Shown piece after piece: positions 36,001-44,407 of a DNA stretch of 44,407 nucleotides. Positions within the stretch are counted from its first letter, which is position 1, and each line of letters starts with the position of its first letter. Made by a program: the position numbers and the translations under genes. The DNA is from Poseidonia sp. (lineage in GTDB: Archaea > Thermoplasmatota > Poseidoniia > Poseidoniales > Poseidoniaceae), in contig JADHNB010000004.1 of the NCBI GenBank assembly GCA_016779705.1, positions 1 through 44,407 of the forward strand, written 5' to 3'. The notes beneath the pieces are model-generated. The model did not search any database. It was not told the origin of the DNA and saw nothing but the letters and a program-made list of their open reading frames with translations.

Positions 36001-39000
36001 GAGCCAAGCCACGGCTTCAACGTTCGGTTGTTCTTGGTGACGCCAAAGCCAAACCGCTCTTCGATGGCCCGGTCAAGCAACGTGAAATCGCCGTCCATCG
36101 TGGCGACCAGCACGGCGCCGATATCGGGCAACGGCAACGAGGAAAGGTGCATGGCAAGCCGGTAGATGTCAAGATCGGTGGACTCGGGATAGATGGCTTG
36201 GCCTTCGAGTTCGGTTCGGACGGTGACGGAACGCAATTCCTTGAGTTGCGTGAGCTCCTCAAACACCTCGCTGTGATGCAGGAGGAACGCTTCAAGCGCT
36301 TGGGAGGACTCGGGAACATCGGCCAACATTTCGCTGGTCGGCGTCCACGTGGTGAACTCGTTGAGCACGTCCTTCACCAATTCACTCATGACCTCCGAGT
36401 TGAGGGTTTGTTCGATGCTTGCCATGTCGATCATTGCCCCCTTGAACCGATGCATCAAGCGTTGGTCCTTGGCGATCAAGCGGAGTTCACCCCGAACGTC
36501 GTCAGGGATCATCAAATGGAGACGCTTCGCTTTGGCGTGGTGAAGCAAAATGTGGTGGAACCGATTCGAACCCATCATCGTCAAATTGGTTTCAAAGATG
36601 AGGTTCATGCGCTGGAACATCTTCTCCACCAAGGCGTCGACGAGGACGTTCGTGTCCATGATCACCAAAGGCTTGAGCGAAAGGTTGTGGAGGAAACGAC
36701 GCTTCGAGGTGGGAATCTCGTCTTTGTACATCGAAAACAAGGACTGCTCCACCATCGAAAGGCGCTTGAGGGACGTGATGGAAAATTTCGGTGAATTTTG
36801 AGCTCGTTCCAAGTACATCAAGCCCTCGAAGGCGCCGTCTTCGGCGGCGTTCTTGGCGATCTCGTACACTTCGTCAAGCGAGGGAGACAGGCTCATCATG
36901 GCTTGTCGGAATTGATGTTCGAACTGGGTCCGAGTGCGGCGCAGGTCCCGACTGATGTGGGTTGAGGCAGCCGTCACCCGTCCAAGGAACGGCTCTGGAG
37001 GCAACAAATGGGCTTGCTCGAAGGGATAATTGCGGAGCAAATCCAATTCTTCTTCGTTGTACACCGTCTTGGTGCGTTCAACAAGGTTGCCCTCCACGTC
37101 TTCTTCGGTGACGGTGATGCGTTGTTGAACGTGCTTACGAATCAATCGAGCGGCTTCATTGGTGTCCTCGGAGGCTTTGTGACACACTCGGAGGTAGAGT
37201 TTGAACCGCTCCGTGATGGCGGTTTTGAGAGAGGGCACCTTGTCGAGCAGGTCCACCGCTTCGGCCCATGACGTGGCGTGGGCGTAATGAATCAAGGATT
37301 TTCGATAAAGGGCCAGCGGGAGAGCCAGGGCGGAGTCGTCATCGTCGGATTCCACCGCCACGTCGGAGCGTTCGGCGGTTTCGCCTCGGACCTTGGTGAA
37401 CACTTCAGCCGCTCGGGAGTATTCCCGGGCTGAATTGAGCTCATCCCCGTTGGCCGCATAGAGGGCGGCACGGGTCAGCGGCGCCCAAGGAGAAAGCGGG
37501 TCGTGTTGTTGGTACCACATCACCAGATTGGGGAGCCCCAAATCGTGTTCCATCACGAGATGTGACACGGAACTCACCAGTCGGAGCGGGAAGCCGGACC
37601 GTGCGACAAGGTCGTCGAGTTGGGTCGCACGCTCAGGGTTGGCCATGCCGATGCTGTACGCCTGCAGGTGACCGTTCACGGACAAGGTCATGATCATCAC
37701 CTCAAACAAGCGACGTTCGACGGCCGACAGGTCAAGGTCATCAAGGCCGTTGCTCAGATTGTTCAGATGCGTTTCACTGACCACACCGCCTTCAGCAATC
37801 GCCCGGCTGATGGGTGAGAAAGCCTTCAACGCACTCTTGTTCAACACCTCGACCAGTTCAGGCGTTTCCTTGTAAATGCCTTCCATCAACAACAGAAGGT
37901 GCTCGGCCACGGGCGAGAGGACTTCAGGAAGTTCGGCACCGTGAATGGCTTGCAAGGCCTGACGACGGCTGTTGAAAATGTTCGAGCGATGCTTGGCACC
38001 CACCGAGGAGGGCGCCAACTGAGCGATCAAGAGCGCCGCATACGGATGCTGCATGGCCAGCATGCTGTCGTTGGAAAACACGGTCGCCAAGCGTTCGATG
38101 TCCAGGGCATCGAGCAGAAGGGTGAGCACCGATGATTTGATCTCGTCCCAAAAAGACCCGGGTTCATCGCACAGGCGGCGTGCAGCGGTCAACCGAAGCG
38201 AGGCCTCCAGTTCAGGAGTTTGAACGACACGGAGCAGCGCCTGCTCGTCCACGTCGTTCATAAAACCCATCAACCAAGCGTTGGCTCGATCATCGTTCAT
38301 GGAAACGACCAGCGGCAGCAAATCGGTCACGTCAGAAGAACCGTCCAAGCGCAGGCCACCGAGAACCTCCATGGCTCCATCTTGCTCGCCTTCTCGGAGC
38401 AGGGCGGTCAGTCGCCACCACGTCAATCGGTCTCTACCTTCGTGCACGTTGGCGGCCTTGAGCAGCGCAAGTCCCTTTTCCAGTTCAGCCGAAGGAGACG
38501 CTTCGGCCTCGGCGGGCGCATGTTGCCAAGCCAGCGTTTGGAGAGCGACCGTGAGCGAATCGTCTTTCGAACTCGCCACAAGGTTGGACCAATCGTTGAT
38601 TTGCCCCAATTGCAGCGCTTGGAAATTCATCAGTGCAGCGCAAAGGTCTGCGTCTTCGCCTTCGCACGCCTTCACGACGGAAGCCGGAGGCTCATCCCGG
38701 TTGTGAACATGAAGCAGATAGGTCACGAAGGCCAGCGGTCCTTTGAGTTGAAGCAACGAGTCGTCCAAGGTGACGGACCGGCCGCCCGTGAGTTGCTTGG
38801 TCGCCTTCTGCAACGCCACCTTGGTATCGGGGTCGTCCACCCCGGCGGTGGCCAATTTCAAGACGGTGGCCAGCGCTTCTCGATCTCGTGGGTCGACCCA
38901 GAAAAATTCGGTTGAGAGTTGGCTTTTGGTAGTGGACTTGGCAACCTTCGCTTTGGGGAACGCCAAAAACTGGCCCAACAGGGGCGTCTTTTCACCGATC

Positions 39001-39449
39001 AAATGCCATACCGGATGGACGCCTTTGGCCATGCAGGTCTCTCGGAGCGTCGTTTCGTTGACGTTCCATGCCTCGTCCCAATCATCAGCGTTCAACTGTT
39101 TGTGAATCAAGAGGGTGGCCAACTGGTAGGCGGTGGTGTAGGGAGCCTCGTTGACGATCTCCTCGGGTTTATGCAGCCAGGTCATGTACGACGGCCCGGA
39201 ACTCCGACCGGTCCGCCGAGCACGTCCGCGAGGGCGAGCCATGGCGGGTCGTCGCTGATTGGAACCGTCATCATCGTCTTCGGCGGCTGGTGGCTCCAAC
39301 TCATGGGCTGCAACGCACAACACCGCCATGAGCGGTTTGTCAAACATTTTTGAGGCCGCTTCTCGGTTCATCGTGGCGACCCGCGCATTACCCGCCATGG
39401 GCTTGGAAAACGCTGCCTTGAGACAGGTTTCCATGTGCGTTTCGTCCAA
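35988..39449 (-). CDS. Large alpha-helical protein with C-terminal PIN domain
   Basis: LVIMDTNVLVD, V.GEL, ESTDLDIY, LVATMDGDF. Start uncertain (39449 or 39434). Confidence 0.8.
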   Translation of the reverse strand: MDETHMETCLKAAFSKPMAGNARVATMNREAASKMFDKPLMAVLCVAAHELEPPAAEDDDDGSNQRRPAMARPRGRARRTGRSSGPSYMTWLHKPEEIVNEAPYTTAYQLATLLIHKQLNADDWDEAWNVNETTLRETCMAKGVHPVWHLIGEKTPLLGQFLAFPKAKVAKSTTKSQLSTEFFWVDPRDREALATVLKLATAGVDDPDTKVALQKATKQLTGGRSVTLDDSLLQLKGPLAFVTYLLHVHNRDEPPASVVKACEGEDADLCAALMNFQALQLGQINDWSNLVASSKDDSLTVALQTLAWQHAPAEAEASPSAELEKGLALLKAANVHEGRDRLTWWRLTALLREGEQDGAMEVLGGLRLDGSSDVTDLLPLVVSMNDDRANAWLMGFMNDVDEQALLRVVQTPELEASLRLTAARRLCDEPGSFWDEIKSSVLTLLLDALDIERLATVFSNDSMLAMQHPYAALLIAQLAPSSVGAKHRSNIFNSRRQALQAIHGAELPEVLSPVAEHLLLLMEGIYKETPELVEVLNKSALKAFSPISRAIAEGGVVSETHLNNLSNGLDDLDLSAVERRLFEVMIMTLSVNGHLQAYSIGMANPERATQLDDLVARSGFPLRLVSSVSHLVMEHDLGLPNLVMWYQQHDPLSPWAPLTRAALYAANGDELNSAREYSRAAEVFTKVRGETAERSDVAVESDDDDSALALPLALYRKSLIHYAHATSWAEAVDLLDKVPSLKTAITERFKLYLRVCHKASEDTNEAARLIRKHVQQRITVTEEDVEGNLVERTKTVYNEEELDLLRNYPFEQAHLLPPEPFLGRVTAASTHISRDLRRTRTQFEHQFRQAMMSLSPSLDEVYEIAKNAAEDGAFEGLMYLERAQNSPKFSITSLKRLSMVEQSLFSMYKDEIPTSKRRFLHNLSLKPLVIMDTNVLVDALVEKMFQRMNLIFETNLTMMGSNRFHHILLHHAKAKRLHLMIPDDVRGELRLIAKDQRLMHRFKGAMIDMASIEQTLNSEVMSELVKDVLNEFTTWTPTSEMLADVPESSQALEAFLLHHSEVFEELTQLKELRSVTVRTELEGQAIYPESTDLDIYRLAMHLSSLPLPDIGAVLVATMDGDFTLLDRAIEERFGFGVTKNNRTLKPWLGSQTN

Positions 39450-39576
39450 CCCTTCATCCCCTCGTTTCCCCCCACGACGAGAGCCCTTTCAATCCACCGA
39501 TGAGCGGACATGGCCGATTTTTCGTCAAAACACATACTTCCTTGAACCAACGACCTCTCCGCCGCGACGAGACTCC

Positions 39577-40047
39577 ATGGACATCGTGCCGCTGACCGTC
39601 CTGCTCTTGCACCCCATTCTCGCCTCAGGCCTGGTCGCTTGGGTGTGGTGGCAGTACGCATGGCGAAAGAAGTCGTACGAACTCAAAGGCGCTGAGCGAG
39701 CGGCCCATTTGGCCCGCCATGAGGCGAACGGCGAACGCCTGCTTTGGGCCACCGGAGGCGTCATCCTGCTGGCCTTTGCCGCTCGGGGGTTCACCGGTTG
39801 GTACAACGGCGAGGACGTGGTGGCGGCCCTCGTCCCCCAATCGCTTCACGGTTTCATGGGTCCGGTGGGCTTTGCCCTGATGGTGGTGATGACGAGGTAC
39901 GGTAAACAGGCTCGAGCGCAGCGGGAAGCAGGAGAATCCTTCGCCACGACCAAACTCAAGCACGGACGAGCCGCTGACCTGATCGTTTACCTCGTGTTCA
40001 TCCACGCCTTCTTGGGCTTCATCTACACCTTCGACGTGCTCGTGTGA
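39577..40047 (+). CDS. Four-TM His-rich membrane protein (DUF4079 / cytochrome b561-like)
   Basis: LLHP, RHE..G, SLHG, KHG and IHAFLG, with His at TM boundaries. Confidence 0.7.
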   Translation: MDIVPLTVLLLHPILASGLVAWVWWQYAWRKKSYELKGAERAAHLARHEANGERLLWATGGVILLAFAARGFTGWYNGEDVVAALVPQSLHGFMGPVGFALMVVMTRYGKQARAQREAGESFATTKLKHGRAADLIVYLVFIHAFLGFIYTFDVLV

Positions 40048-40108
40048 GCCAGCCTCTGGCCGGCCCAACAACACCTCACGCCGTCAACTTCACAACGCCT
40101 TGCGGTGC

Positions 40109-41566
40109 TCAGAAGATGGTGTTGAACAACCAACCGAAGGTCGACTCGTTGCCAGGTCCAAGGTAGAACATCAACATGAACACGGCAATACCGTACATGA
40201 TGGGGCTTGGCTCGTCGGCCTTGCCCATGCCCAACTTGATGGCCACGTAGGAGATGACACCCCAAGCGATACCGTCAGCGATGGAGTAGGTGAACGGCAT
40301 CAAGACCATGGTCAAGAAAGCGGGCAACACCATTTCCTTGTCGTCCCAGTCGATTTCGGTGGCTTGCTTCATCATCATGCCGCCGATGATCACGAGGGCG
40401 CAGGCGGCAGCGAAGGTGGGGATGGCCTTGAACAGGCCGGAAAGGAACAAACCGGAGAGCATCAACACACCGACGGTGATGGCGGTCAGGCCGGTCTTGC
40501 CGCCTTCTTCCACACCCGCAGCGGACTCGATGTAGGTGGTGGTGGTGCTGGTACCGCAGATGGCACCGGCGATGGTGGCAGCGGCATCGGACATAAAGGC
40601 CTCTTCCGAGTTCTGGAGTTCGTCGTCCTCGTTGACGTAGCCGGCTTGGCGACCCACGGAGTAGAGGGTTCCAGCGGTGTCGAAGATGTCAACAAAGAGG
40701 AAGGCGATCATGACCAGCATGAAGTCGGCGAGGTTGTCACCAACGTCCCCAAGGGCCCCGAAGGCGGCCCCAAGCGATTCGTCGGGCATCCCGACAAATC
40801 CGAAGATTTCCTCAGGCCAGGTGGCTTCTGGAGAACCCCAACCTGCGCCGCCAGCGACGAAGTCGTTGTAGGGGTCGTACGCACCCACAAGCCAGCCGAA
40901 GAGGGAGGCACCGAGGATACCGTAGATGATAGCACCCTTGATGCCACGGGCCATCATCACGGCAATGGCGATGAGAGCGACCATGGAAATCACGGCACCG
41001 TGCTGGTAGATGGCGTACCCACCAGCACCCCACGCTTCGGTGTTGGCAAGATTGACGAGCGTTGCACCGTCGTCTTGAATCCAGCCCATCTCACGCAGAC
41101 CGATGATGGCGAGGAACATACCGATACCGGCGCCCGTTGCAATCTTCAGGTCCTTGGGGATGGCGTTGATCATCTTGGTTCGCCATCCGATTTGAGGAAT
41201 CGAGATGATGAGGAAGATGATACCTTCAACCAACACAGCGGCGAGGGCAATCTTCCAGTCGATGCCCATGCCGAGCACGACAGCGAACGTGAAGTAGGCG
41301 TTCAGGCCCATGCCGGGTGCCAGGGCAAAGGGAAGGTTGGCCCAAAGCCCCATGACCACACAACCAACAAAGGCGGCGATGGCCGTTGCAAACAACGCAT
41401 CGTCAAACGGAATACCACCGACGCTCAGCATGGCTGGGTTCACCAGCAGGATGTACGCCATCGTCAGGAAGGTCGTCAATCCGGCTCTCAGTTCGCCGTT
41501 TAAGGTGGCACCTCGTTCTTCAAACTTGAAGTAATTTCCAATATCTTGCTCAAATCCCATGTTCAT
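40109..41566 (-). CDS. NCS2 family purine permease (AzgA/PbuG-like)
   Basis: AGLTTFLTMAYI, LAPGMGLNAYF, DIFDTAGT, YIESAAGVEEGGKTGL, PFTYSIA. Confidence 0.95.
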   Translation of the reverse strand: MNMGFEQDIGNYFKFEERGATLNGELRAGLTTFLTMAYILLVNPAMLSVGGIPFDDALFATAIAAFVGCVVMGLWANLPFALAPGMGLNAYFTFAVVLGMGIDWKIALAAVLVEGIIFLIISIPQIGWRTKMINAIPKDLKIATGAGIGMFLAIIGLREMGWIQDDGATLVNLANTEAWGAGGYAIYQHGAVISMVALIAIAVMMARGIKGAIIYGILGASLFGWLVGAYDPYNDFVAGGAGWGSPEATWPEEIFGFVGMPDESLGAAFGALGDVGDNLADFMLVMIAFLFVDIFDTAGTLYSVGRQAGYVNEDDELQNSEEAFMSDAAATIAGAICGTSTTTTYIESAAGVEEGGKTGLTAITVGVLMLSGLFLSGLFKAIPTFAAACALVIIGGMMMKQATEIDWDDKEMVLPAFLTMVLMPFTYSIADGIAWGVISYVAIKLGMGKADEPSPIMYGIAVFMLMFYLGPGNESTFGWLFNTIF

Positions 41567-41604
41567 TTCTCCTGTAGGGTTGTATCACCTTAGTCTTAGA
41601 GGGG

Positions 41605-41612
41605 TTAATATA
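41605..41612 (-). promoter_or_regulatory. TATA box for NCS2 permease
   Basis: Minus-strand CCCGAAG-TATATTAA (BRE-like plus TATA). AGGAG SD before ATG 41566. Confidence 0.6.
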
Positions 41613-41669
41613 CTTCGGGTGCCAAAAAAGCCCCTTGGAGCCTAAAATTGAATCATTTCTGGACCACCG

Positions 41670-42185
41670 TTAGGCGTCGTAGGCCACCAGTGCATGAACC
41701 GGTGCGTTTACCGCATCCCGCCCGTTGAGGAAAGGGAGGTCGATCACCACACCGCAACCAACCACCTCAGCTCCAGTCTGTTCGCACAACGTCACCGAAG
41801 CGGCCAAGGTACCTCCCGTCGCCAACAAATCATCGAGAATCACCACGCGCTGGCCCGGTTGCAAAGCGTCGGCTTGAATTTCAACGGTGTCGGTGCCGTA
41901 TTCCAGGTCGTAGGTGAGGGAACGCGTATCGCCGGGCAACTTCCCGGCCTTCCGAATCATCATCATGGGCAGATTGAGGCGTTGAGCCAAGGGCACCGCA
42001 AAGAGAAAACCGCGGCTCTCAATGCCGGCGATCACATCGGGTCGCCATGCCTTGACGGCGTGTTCGAGTTGGTCCAGACATGCAGCCATCGCCGAAGGTT
42101 CCCGAAGAAGGGTCGAAATATCGTAGAACAAAATGCCCTCGATGGGAAAATCGGGGATGCCTCGGATGTGGTCCTTGAGATTCAT
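41670..42185 (-). CDS. apt: Adenine phosphoribosyltransferase
   Basis: IPDFPIEGILFYDI, GIESRGF, IRKAGKLP, YDLEYG, ILDDLLATGGT. Confidence 0.96.
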   Translation of the reverse strand: MNLKDHIRGIPDFPIEGILFYDISTLLREPSAMAACLDQLEHAVKAWRPDVIAGIESRGFLFAVPLAQRLNLPMMMIRKAGKLPGDTRSLTYDLEYGTDTVEIQADALQPGQRVVILDDLLATGGTLAASVTLCEQTGAEVVGCGVVIDLPFLNGRDAVNAPVHALVAYDA

Positions 42186-42302
42186 GCAACCCCTGTCCCC
42201 CACCCAGTCCTTGAACGTGCCCACCACCTCCACCAACAAGGCCTGACGCTGTGTGGGCATCCAAGACGCCGATTGAAATACTCATGATTTTCCGAATGAA
42301 GC

Positions 42303-44407
42303 ATGGAGGGTGCGACCGACCCCGAGATGCTCAAGAAACGAGCCTTCTTTCGGCTTGGCTTGTTCATCCACGACCACCGAAAAGCGATGATGGCGTTTGG
42401 TCTCGTTTCGTGCATCCTCATGACCGGCCTCATGTCCATGGGCGCTGATTGGGCAGAGGGCTTTGGGGAAGACGATGTTGAATCGGTCAACGCCGGCCGA
42501 CTCATTTCAGAACGCTTTGCCACCGACAGCGACGACGGAGGCCAAACCCTTCGCTACGTGGTCCACCATCCAAGCCTGAACGATTCGAGTGATGAGTGGC
42601 AACGTGCGGTGCAAGAGGCGCTGAACTCGTTTGAATCGCATCCCGACGTCACCATCGAGTATTCGTGGCAGGTGGAAGAGGTGGACCGAAGCGATGTGTT
42701 CGTCACCGGTGAGGACGGTTCGTACGCCATCAACACCGTTCATTTCCTCACCGACCGAAAACAGGCCAAAGCCATCATGTCCGACCTTCACGAATCGGTA
42801 ACGATCGAGGGGGAGTTTGACGGCTGGATGACCGACGGCATCGCCATTGATTGGACCTTTGACGAGCGCATCAAGAACGACCTCATCAAAGCCGAATTGG
42901 TTTCAGGCCCCTTGTCGGTGCTCATCTTGGGCATCGTCTTCGGTTCGTTGGTGGCCGCCCTCTTGCCCGTGGGCGTGGGCGTCGGGACCGTCCTTGCGGC
43001 CATCGGCATGACCATTTGGCTCTCCAACGTCACCGATGTAACGGTTTATGCGACCAACATCATCTCGCTCATCGGCATCGGGGTGTCCATCGATTACTCG
43101 CTCTTTTTGGTGAACCGGTTCCGAGAAGAACTGGCTCGAGGCCACGACGTGCGAACGGCCACCGCCATGAGTTGTGCAACGGCCGGCAAAGCCGTGTTCT
43201 ATTCCGGCATCACCGTCGCCATCGGCTTGATGGGAATGCTCTTCTTCACCAACACATCCCTGCCTTCCCTCGGCATCGGCGGCACCATCGCCGTGAGCAT
43301 CGCCATGGTGTATTCCACGATCGTCCTGCCGGCCGTGATGGCGTGGTTGGGCCCTCGGGTCAACAAAGGAAAAATCCCCTTTGCACTGGACATGTCGGCC
43401 AAGGACGACGGGATGTGGGCACGCATCGCCAAGCGAGTGATGGACCGTCCCTGGGCGGTGCTCATTCCAACCTTGGTGTTGCTCATCGGCGCCGGCCTTC
43501 CGTTTGCCTACGCTGAATTCTCCCTGTCATCGTGGAAGGCCCTCCCTCCCGACGATGAATCGCGCATGGGCATGGAAATCATCGACGAAGAGTGGCCTGA
43601 CCAAGCGGCGAACTCCATCTTCCTCGTCATCGACACCGACGGCGCCGACCCGCTTTCAGAGACGAACCTGAGAACGCAGCACGCCTACATCGTTGGCTTG
43701 CTCAACGATTCAAGGGCCTCCGGAGGCATCGGCGTCGGCTTGCCGTCACCGAACATGAGTGCTGACGAAGTGGTCCAATTCTGGCAAGCGGAGGACGAAT
43801 GGTTGCCTGCTGAACAGGTCGCCATGCGTGAAAGCCTCCGAGCGGCCTTGGTGGGCGACAACGCCACCATGATCACGTTGCAGCTTGTCGGCGCCCAAAC
43901 CAACGTCGATTCGCGCATGATGGTGGAAGACATCCGAGACCAACGAGACGCATTCCTGGACGACTTCACCGGGGAAAACGACCGATTGCTCGTGGCCGGC
44001 TTTGCCGCCTACAACGCCGATAACCTCGACGCCATCGCCGACAACCTTCCTCGAGCCCTGGCCTTCATCCTCATCGCTACCATTCTGTTGATTTTCCTCC
44101 AAGTTCGTTCAGTCATCATTCCAATCAAGGCCATCGCCATGAACATCCTGTCCATTTCCGCCTCGTTCGGCATGTTGGTCTGGGTATTCCAGTGGGGCTA
44201 CGGCGAGTCGCTGCTCAACTTTACCGCCCAACCCATTGATTCAGGCAACCCCGTCATCATGTTCTGCATCGTCTTTGGCTTGTCCATGGATTACGAGGTG
44301 CTGATGCTCTCGCGCATTCATGAGGAATGGGAACGAACGGGGGACAACACCCTGGCGGTGGCCAACGGCTTGCAAAAGACCGGTGGACTCATCACGGGCG
44401 CCGCCGC
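42303..44407 (+). CDS. MMPL family transporter, MmpL/YdfJ type (3' end runs off window)
   Basis: Manual translation: MEGATDPEMLKKRAFFRLGLFIHDHRK...GIGVSIDYSLFLVNRFREEL...FGLSMDYEVLMLSRIHEEW...TGGLITGAA. Not in ORF track. Start 42303 or 42327. Confidence 0.92.
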   Translation, partial: MEGATDPEMLKKRAFFRLGLFIHDHRKAMMAFGLVSCILMTGLMSMGADWAEGFGEDDVESVNAGRLISERFATDSDDGGQTLRYVVHHPSLNDSSDEWQRAVQEALNSFESHPDVTIEYSWQVEEVDRSDVFVTGEDGSYAINTVHFLTDRKQAKAIMSDLHESVTIEGEFDGWMTDGIAIDWTFDERIKNDLIKAELVSGPLSVLILGIVFGSLVAALLPVGVGVGTVLAAIGMTIWLSNVTDVTVYATNIISLIGIGVSIDYSLFLVNRFREELARGHDVRTATAMSCATAGKAVFYSGITVAIGLMGMLFFTNTSLPSLGIGGTIAVSIAMVYSTIVLPAVMAWLGPRVNKGKIPFALDMSAKDDGMWARIAKRVMDRPWAVLIPTLVLLIGAGLPFAYAEFSLSSWKALPPDDESRMGMEIIDEEWPDQAANSIFLVIDTDGADPLSETNLRTQHAYIVGLLNDSRASGGIGVGLPSPNMSADEVVQFWQAEDEWLPAEQVAMRESLRAALVGDNATMITLQLVGAQTNVDSRMMVEDIRDQRDAFLDDFTGENDRLLVAGFAAYNADNLDAIADNLPRALAFILIATILLIFLQVRSVIIPIKAIAMNILSISASFGMLVWVFQWGYGESLLNFTAQPIDSGNPVIMFCIVFGLSMDYEVLMLSRIHEEWERTGDNTLAVANGLQKTGGLITGAA

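Noticed and set aside
41567-41669. Purine riboswitch upstream of the NCS2 permease
   Set aside because: No purine aptamer core seen, and the predicted leader after the TATA box is only about 15-20 nt.

Overview
GC-rich, densely coding chromosomal segment, most likely from a Marine Group II archaeon (Poseidoniales, Thermoplasmatota). The archaeal call rests on the pus10-rpl21e-rpo4-DUF655-rsmA cluster, radA, an AK6-type kinase and an A1-U72 initiator tRNA-Met. The lineage call is inferred from the mix with bacterial-type genes (xseAB, icd, apt, MmpL-type RND). About 40 CDS and 2 tRNAs are supported. Two CDS are missing from the ORF track because the window edges cut them: an HNH nuclease (1-406, minus) and an MMPL transporter (42303-end, plus). 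No CRISPR array, IS element or provirus was seen. Main leads: a multi-histone-fold protein; a claudin/PMP22-like 4-TM protein with a low-GC extracellular-loop cassette; a 1153-aa helical protein with a C-terminal PIN domain; a SAP domain inserted in Pus10; an FN3-repeat surface protein with a charge-block tail; and a TT(G/C)AA element about 30 nt upstream of many start sites. All family calls come from reading motifs by eye, with no database search.
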